Positions 62,745 to 64,000 of a stretch of 64,000 nt of DNA are shown here, one piece after another. The DNA lies in assembly GCA_034780895.1 (NCBI GenBank), contig JAUZTB010000107.1, positions 92,795,102 to 92,859,101 of the forward strand. Reading direction: 5' to 3'. Positions within the stretch are counted from its first letter, which is position 1, and every line of letters starts with the position of its first letter. The translations under genes were made by a program, and so were the position numbers. The notes below the pieces were generated by a model. It was not told where the DNA came from, ran no database searches, and saw only the letters and a list, made by a program, of their open reading frames with translations. The DNA is from Rhynchobatus australiae. Its lineage: Eukaryota.

Positions 62745-64000
62745 TAACTTAACCACCTGAGTTCTAGGAGTTGCATAAAGCAGGGAAGAAATTCTGAGGA
62801 CGGGGAAATCACATACCTCCTTCAGAAACCACAGGGTTTTCTTCAATGAAATGGAAATTCTTATCCCAACACATGATCTTCCTGTATGATTCTCTCCTCT
62901 TGTTGCACAGGCGAAGCTCTACTCCCAGAATGGTTTAGCACGGAGTTCATTCTGTCCTCACAACATTATTTTATTTATATAGTTGCATTAATGTAACAAA
63001 ACCTCCAAAGAATTAAGTGAGCCATTCTTGGAAAATAAATCTAAATAAAATCCTTACGACACATGAAAACACATTAAATATTTCCTCTGTAAACATTTCA
63101 CCATAGGATAACTGAAGATTTCCCACATAATGATGCTTCTTTTCACTTAACCACTTATAACCTCATTGCTTAAGGCTTTGTTAGTTAGGAATGCAATTTT
63201 TTCAAATAGTAAAATGCTGAAGTTCTGTGACCAGAGTAAGAGGATGTGACAGCTCATTCCACTTCCCACCTTTTAATAACAGGTTGTTACAACATTCAGA
63301 GGCTGTGGACGAGTGACTGCTGCTCATTAATAGTGAGTAATGGGGCAGGAAATGGAGAACCAGGGTGCAAAGGTCAGCTGAATCTACTGGAGTGAGGTAA
63401 GCGGCAGTGAAATGACTAAAAATCCAAATCACGATTAGAAGTGAAACAGCTGGCTCTTATTACCAAGTTAGTACCACAGAAAGAACCGGAAGACCAATCT
63501 GCTCACATCATTTGTCTTCGCATCGCAAAACAGTGGCACAACCACAGTGACTGTAAAGAGTATTTTGTGTTGGATCATTTTAAAGTACTGTTGGTGTTTT
63601 CAATCAATATTCTTTTTCTGACTTTCAGCAATGGTGCATGAGTTAAAATTAGGCTGGAAGAAGGACTTCTATCAAACTAAACCCACCTGTTTTTAATGAT
63701 ACAGAGTGTTCCCAATTACAACAGGTAAAGTACCATTTAAGCAGTCATATGAGCCAAATAGGGTAGAGTGGAGAGCCGTGAGAGACGGGTTAATTCATGG
63801 CTGGTGACAAAGGTGGCCTGTGTTGGTCTCTGGAGCTTGTTACGGTTAGGTTATGGATTCTACAGTGGAACATAGCTTGATGTTTACACCCCACCCAGTT
63901 CTCAAATTCCAATCTCAGGCACATGACTCTCTGAAGTATTAACAGGTGGAAGATTTTTCACATTTTATTATTAATTTGCAGTGCTGACTTTGGGGCGATA

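Overview
AT-rich eukaryotic DNA, not prokaryotic. The repeat content (CR1-type LINEs with ATAGAAC-type tails, V-domain SINEs, Deu-domain SINEs, Rex1/Babar, RTE, L2, palindromic Penelope-type termini, Harbinger relics) is what I associate with a cartilaginous fish, probably a ray or sawfish/guitarfish relative. That assignment is inferred from remembered repeat consensuses, not from a search. I can support no intact host protein-coding gene, and no rRNA, tRNA or CRISPR array. Every ORF with recognisable homology is a broken transposon fragment; the rest look like chance ORFs or run through N gaps. The window reads as a gene desert or very large intron: decayed transposons alternate with repeat-free blocks rich in developmental transcription-factor motifs. 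There are 12 assembly gaps, several of exactly 10 or 100 N. Most notable: (1) a 435-bp foldback at 62310-62744 whose outer 126-bp arms are 95% identical while its core is much more decayed; (2) three PIF/Harbinger relics (transposase and Myb/SANT pieces); (3) a complete ~120-bp palindromic Penelope-type mini-element with a 10-bp target-site duplication, and a decayed hammerhead-like core in a related copy; (4) promoter/enhancer-like motif clusters and orphan splice signals that may indicate non-coding transcripts. I found no evidence for a new multi-gene system.
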